Below are positions 59,643-64,000 of a DNA stretch of 64,000 nucleotides, in pieces. The stretch comes from a virus (Duplodnaviria > Caudoviricetes), in the IMG/VR virus record IMGVR_UViG_3300043344_000002, positions 29,055 to 93,054 of that record. One strand, written 5' to 3'. The notes under the pieces were generated by a model. That model had not been told where the DNA came from and ran no database searches. It saw only the letters and a list, made by a program, of their open reading frames with translations. The translations under genes were made by a program, and so were the position numbers. Position 1 is the first letter of the stretch, and each line of letters starts with the position of its first letter.

Positions 59643-61406
59643 ATGTCAGGGAAGCCTGAGGAGCTTGTGAACGTTCCGCAGGATCTCACGCTCATCACCG
59701 ATGACTCGGAGCTCTCGGCTCTTCAGGTCCAGGTGGTGGCTGAGTTCGATCGCGTTCAGGGGCTTGACAGCGTTACGCCAGAATCGCTTCAGTACGCACT
59801 GAAGCTCACTGAGGGTCTCGATCGCATTCGCGCTGAGCTCGCCGTTCGTGAATCGCGCGCAGAGACGCTGGCCAACATCGAGAAGACCAAGATGCTGGCG
59901 CAGGCTGATACGCTCGCAGCCCGTGTTCATGGCAGCAAGAACGCTGATGGCACGCCGGTCGAAGCTGCGAAGCCGATCGACGCTGACAGCATCGCTGCGG
60001 CGGCGTCTCGCGGTACTACCCAGGCACTCATCCAGGTGATGGGCGAGCGTCTCGGTGGACGCGGCAACCTCGTCGCCGCTGGTCGTGGTGGACAGCTTGG
60101 TGACACGCAGAAGTTCGCGCCTCCCGGGAATAAGCCGCAGCGTGCCAAGCTGGCGATCACCGCGAGCGTCGACATCCCGGGTGTGGCACGCGGCGACAGC
60201 GTGAACAACATCGACGGTCTCGTCGACGTGTTCACTCGCAAGGCGAAGAGCATGCCCATCCAGACGGGCAATCAGCAGCTCGTCGCGAGCATTCGCAACG
60301 AGTTCGAGAACACCGTCGATGACCGCACCAACCCAGGCCAGATTGGTGAGCTGTTCCGACACCTCACCTCTGACGACAAGAAGGACGCGCTGGTCGCGGC
60401 TGGCGGCTGGTGTGCGCCGTCCGAGGTTCGGTACGACTTCTTCAACATCGCTTGTGAGGCTGGTCTCGTCGACCTGCCCACGTTCGGTGTCTCGCGTGGT
60501 GGCATTCGGTTCCCCGTCTCCCCGTCGCTGGCTGACGTGTTTGGCGGTGCGTTCGGCGGTTTCTCCACCGGCTTTAGTGTCACGTCGAATCCGTGGCTCT
60601 GGACCGAGGACTCGGACATCGCGGCTGTCACCGGTTCGCCGGAGAAGCCCTGCATCCGGGTTCCTTGCCCGTCGTTCTCCGAGCAGCGTCTCGAGTGCTA
60701 CGGCGTCTGCCTCACGGCCGGCAACCTGACTGACGACGCGTACCCTGAAGCGACGTCGAACTTCCTGCGTCTCCTGATGGCGTCGCACGCGCACGCCATG
60801 AACGGGCGCTTCCTGCAGATCATGGCTGCGAACTCCACGGCTGCGGTCGCAACCGGTTCCTACGCGGTGACCGGTCAGCCGGTATACCAGCAGGTCTTCG
60901 GCGGCATCGCTCTCGGTGCGACTGACTACCGCGCTCGCTACGGCATGTGCTCCGAGGACATCCTCGAGGCCATCGTTCCCTACTGGGTCCGTGACGAGAT
61001 CCGTGCCGACCTGGCGTGGCGCACTGGTGTCATGCCGGAGCAGGTCACCAACGCGGAGATCGACGCTCACTTCAACGTGATCAACGTTCGAGTCCAGTGG
61101 GTCAACGACTTCCAGGTTCGCGGTGCCGGGCAGTTCGGCAACGCGACTGCGATGACCGCGTGGCCGACGACCGCAACGATCATGATCTACGCGGCGGGCA
61201 CGTTCATCCTCGGCAACGGCCTCTCTCTGGACCTCGGCGTCGTTCGTGACTCCGTGCTCAACGAGACGAACGACCACACCGCTGCCTGGTCGGAGGAGTG
61301 CCACCTGATCGCCAAGGTCGGTCACGAGTCCCGTCGGTACACGATCACCTTCGCCGTGAACGGTCGTACCGGCTCTGCTAACGGCACGGGTGCGACGAAC
61401 CTGTAG
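59643..61406 (+). CDS. major capsid (hexamer) protein with N-terminal scaffold-like region
   Basis: ALVAAGGWCAPSE..YD, RGGI.F, KPC..VPCP; strongest codon bias in the window. Confidence 0.92.
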   Translation: MSGKPEELVNVPQDLTLITDDSELSALQVQVVAEFDRVQGLDSVTPESLQYALKLTEGLDRIRAELAVRESRAETLANIEKTKMLAQADTLAARVHGSKNADGTPVEAAKPIDADSIAAAASRGTTQALIQVMGERLGGRGNLVAAGRGGQLGDTQKFAPPGNKPQRAKLAITASVDIPGVARGDSVNNIDGLVDVFTRKAKSMPIQTGNQQLVASIRNEFENTVDDRTNPGQIGELFRHLTSDDKKDALVAAGGWCAPSEVRYDFFNIACEAGLVDLPTFGVSRGGIRFPVSPSLADVFGGAFGGFSTGFSVTSNPWLWTEDSDIAAVTGSPEKPCIRVPCPSFSEQRLECYGVCLTAGNLTDDAYPEATSNFLRLLMASHAHAMNGRFLQIMAANSTAAVATGSYAVTGQPVYQQVFGGIALGATDYRARYGMCSEDILEAIVPYWVRDEIRADLAWRTGVMPEQVTNAEIDAHFNVINVRVQWVNDFQVRGAGQFGNATAMTAWPTTATIMIYAAGTFILGNGLSLDLGVVRDSVLNETNDHTAAWSEECHLIAKVGHESRRYTITFAVNGRTGSANGTGATNL

Positions 61407-61458
61407 TCAAGACTGCTCGTTCGACAAGATCGCAACTCGCGAAGGAAGGTGAACACAG

Positions 61459-62352
61459 GTGGCTGGACCACGCCTGAACGTTGAGCCACCTGTGTTTGCC
61501 CCCCAACCGTACGGTCTCATCAGTGTTGTTCAGCCGGTCGACGACAACACTACGCACTGGCTGAATGGCATCACCTGGCAGTCGCGCTGCATGAACCCAA
61601 TGGGTTCTAGCACGTATGATGAGTGTATTGCCGTGACCGGCTCGGGAGAAGCACCACCTGAGCCAAGTACCAAGGCTGAGAACGTCGAGCTGATCGACCG
61701 AGGTGGTACACCATTCACGGTGTATGCTAAGTTCGACTGTTCACCCGTAGGCATCAGTGATGCGCAGAAAATCGCGACTGATGCGCTGAACAGGAGTGAA
61801 TCCTGGCAGGTCGAGCGGGTGTTCTGGACCGGTCTAGTGGACGGTAAGGTCATCGCGTTCCCGCATCTCGCAGCAGCTGCTGAAGTCGATGACGCACAAG
61901 GCATCATGCTTCAGTCAGCAGCGACGATCGTCACCGGTTCACCAGTTGACATCGCTACCGGACTCGGCCTGCTTGAAGCACAACTCGCCAATTGCTACAA
62001 CGGCGTCGGTGTCATCCACGTTCCGATTGTCGCACTTCCTACCCTTGACGCATGGGGTCTGGTGAAGGCGACGACTGGTGTACTTAAGACTTTGAACGGT
62101 AATCTCGTCTCCGTGGGAGCGGGGTACGCTGGCACATCGCCTGCAGGCGCCGCAGCATCGGTCGGCACGACGTGGCTTTATGCCACAGGTGCCATCATGA
62201 TGCGGCGTGGAGATGTTAAGATCGCACCATCTCGTGAGTCGATCGACCGGAGAAACAACACGGTTGAAATGATTGCCGAGCGCACATACGTACTCGGCTG
62301 GGATTGCTGTCACGCGGCGGTCCAGGTCGACATCGGCGTTTCCACCACCTAG
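61459..62352 (+). CDS. second (pentamer-type) major capsid protein
   Basis: YGL...HW.NG, PFTVY, E...VE..FW, G.IH, G.GY, AER.Y as in cluster-B-like phages. Confidence 0.75.
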   Translation: MAGPRLNVEPPVFAPQPYGLISVVQPVDDNTTHWLNGITWQSRCMNPMGSSTYDECIAVTGSGEAPPEPSTKAENVELIDRGGTPFTVYAKFDCSPVGISDAQKIATDALNRSESWQVERVFWTGLVDGKVIAFPHLAAAAEVDDAQGIMLQSAATIVTGSPVDIATGLGLLEAQLANCYNGVGVIHVPIVALPTLDAWGLVKATTGVLKTLNGNLVSVGAGYAGTSPAGAAASVGTTWLYATGAIMMRRGDVKIAPSRESIDRRNNTVEMIAERTYVLGWDCCHAAVQVDIGVSTT

Positions 62353-62362
62353 GAGTAACGAC

Positions 62363-63040
62363 ATGGCTGGAATTTGCGCAGCTCCTATTAAGGGAACGCA
62401 CCTGCGCCTCGTCAAGACAGATGATTGTGGTGCGCCGGTTACTGGTGCTGCCTCACTCGTCATCGTCACTAAGGGTTTCGTTCAGGTTGAGATGGAACCT
62501 GACTACGAAGATGGTGAAGAGTTCTTCGAGCGTAACGCTGATGGTGAAGCGTGCGTGAACCAGAAGGACAAGCCTACGCTGAAGCGTCTCGGCTTGACGG
62601 TCAACTTCTGCGACGTCGACCCAGTCGCCGCTGCGCTTGTGCTGAGCGCCCGCCTTCTAGACACTGCAGCGATTCCTGTCACAGGCACTGGCTTCGCCGT
62701 TGCTGAAGGCGAGCCTGAAAACCGCTTTTCCATGGAAGTGTGGCAGCGTGTCGCCGGCTCTGGCGCATGTGACGCATCGGGAGTCCAGCGCTACATCTAC
62801 AACGCGTGGCCGAGCGTCGGTAACTCACAGCTCAACACGTACACGATCGAGAACGCGCGATCCACGCTTTCGTTCACGGCTGAGACACAGGCTGCATCAG
62901 CTTTCTGGGGTAATGGCCCGGGCACAGGCGCGAGTTGGCTACCAACGGGCGTCGTTGCCGCAACCGACGAACACTGGTTGTGGAACATCACCACCGTTGC
63001 ACTACCGACTGCCGCGTGTGGGCCGCTCGCACTAGCGTAG
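62363..63040 (+). CDS. major tail (tube) protein
   Basis: KG..LR..K.D.CG, GFV.V, NADGEAC, C.VDP, EVW. Confidence 0.8.
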   Translation: MAGICAAPIKGTHLRLVKTDDCGAPVTGAASLVIVTKGFVQVEMEPDYEDGEEFFERNADGEACVNQKDKPTLKRLGLTVNFCDVDPVAAALVLSARLLDTAAIPVTGTGFAVAEGEPENRFSMEVWQRVAGSGACDASGVQRYIYNAWPSVGNSQLNTYTIENARSTLSFTAETQAASAFWGNGPGTGASWLPTGVVAATDEHWLWNITTVALPTAACGPLALA

Positions 63041-63166
63041 CATTCATGCGAGAGGTGTGCGATGTCGGCAGAAGTTAGCACACCTTATGAAGCATGGAGC
63101 TATCAAACAGGCGCACTGTTCGCGGTGCGCCTGTTTGTCATAGCTGACCAGAGCAAGGAGTAGTCC

Positions 63167-63604
63167 ATGTCCGGCTTCGACGACGCGACCGAACGCGCGA
63201 TTCTTAATCATGTTTTCACAGATCCGGCGTGGACCCCAGCAGCGACACTCTACCTTGGGTTGTCTTCCACTACGCCCACTGATGCTGGAACAAACTTCAC
63301 TGAGCCAGCGTCGGGTTCATACGCCCGCGTCTCCACTACCGCGACTGACTGGGCTGCGGCTTCTGGCACTGCGCCTGCGACAAAGGCGAACAGTGCAGTA
63401 AAGATATTTCCTACCGCGACGGGCGATTGGCTCTCGGGTGTTAACCTCACATACTTTGGATTGTTCGAAGCGCTGAGTGGTGGAACTCCCATTGTCTTTG
63501 GCCTGCTGGTTACGCCTAAGGCTGTGCTCTCTGGTGACACGGCACAGTTTGGCGCAGGCGCACTCATCATCCGACTCGGTGATCCTGGCGACACCTACAG
63601 CTAA
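63167..63604 (+). CDS. virion structural protein (tail-associated)
   Basis: YLGL..T.P, SYARV, FP.AT..W, GLF.A.SGG family. Confidence 0.7.
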   Translation: MSGFDDATERAILNHVFTDPAWTPAATLYLGLSSTTPTDAGTNFTEPASGSYARVSTTATDWAAASGTAPATKANSAVKIFPTATGDWLSGVNLTYFGLFEALSGGTPIVFGLLVTPKAVLSGDTAQFGAGALIIRLGDPGDTYS

Positions 63605-63635
63605 CCCGATGACATCATAGTGGAGAGGAGATGAT

Positions 63636-64000
63636 GTGGTAACCGTAGTTGAAGAGCTACACGGCAGCGGCTACACCGACATCACCCTCGTCACTGATGG
63701 TGCGACCGCAATCGGACAATGGCTCGTTGCCATTCAAGGTTGTGACTTCTACAACGCATCAGATCTTCTGTCACCAACCCCGGGCGCGTGGACGCTGCTC
63801 GCAGGTGATGGTAACCTATCCTCTGGACATCCACACATTAAAGCGTGGGCGCGCCAGGTAACCGTCGCAGGTGTCAATAGTGTCACGTTTGATGAAGCAC
63901 TTGACTCTGGCAACCACGCACATCTCCGTGTCCTATCCGGAGTAGATAGCTTTGACATTGGTGCTGGTACATTTGGGCCATCATCAGTGTCGCACGTATG
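63636..64000 (+). CDS. putative minor tail protein, runs off window
   Basis: GTG after GAGGAG; open frame to the window end. Confidence 0.55.
   Translation, partial: MVTVVEELHGSGYTDITLVTDGATAIGQWLVAIQGCDFYNASDLLSPTPGAWTLLAGDGNLSSGHPHIKAWARQVTVAGVNSVTFDEALDSGNHAHLRVLSGVDSFDIGAGTFGPSSVSHV

Noticed and set aside
59646-61325. Long antisense ORF over the capsid gene (likewise 37109-38302 and 7758-8417)
   Set aside because: Shadow ORFs from codon bias of the true genes; no RBS or motifs
1-64000. Genome-wide stop-codon recoding
   Set aside because: TAG and TGA terminate many intact genes (primase, terminase-region and capsid genes), and no suppressor tRNA is seen

Overview
64-kb segment of a large actinobacteriophage genome; no host chromosomal genes are recognisable. 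An actinomycete host is inferred from an LAXTG sortase substrate, a PPOX/F420-type protein and mycobacteriophage cluster-B-like capsid and tail genes. Layout: (1) 1-13.2 kb, minus strand: replication and nucleotide-metabolism genes (SNF2 helicase, RuvC, PolA, two HNH, dCMP deaminase, a ThyA-family enzyme with a dCMP-type Asp, NMP kinase/UDG-like fusion, DUF3310), a tRNA-like RNA locus and RtcB. (2) 13.5-21 kb: primase-helicase, iteron origin, probable small terminase, ThyX. (3) 21-44 kb: an early/accessory region of many small ORFs, with about 15 repeated sigma70-type promoters and eight type-II hammerhead ribozymes placed just upstream of RBSs. (4) 44.5-49.3 kb: a sugar-synthesis/glycosyltransferase operon. 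(5) 49.4-64 kb: packaging, head and tail genes, including ADP-ribosyltransferase and 2H-phosphoesterase cargo. The best candidates for an undescribed system are the hammerhead-punctuated mRNA array together with the phage RtcB ligase (possible mRNA excision/circularisation), and a ~500-nt ncRNA of circularly permuted, anticodon-less tRNA domains plus hexamer repeats next to a conserved coiled-coil gene. All calls are by eye, without database searches.
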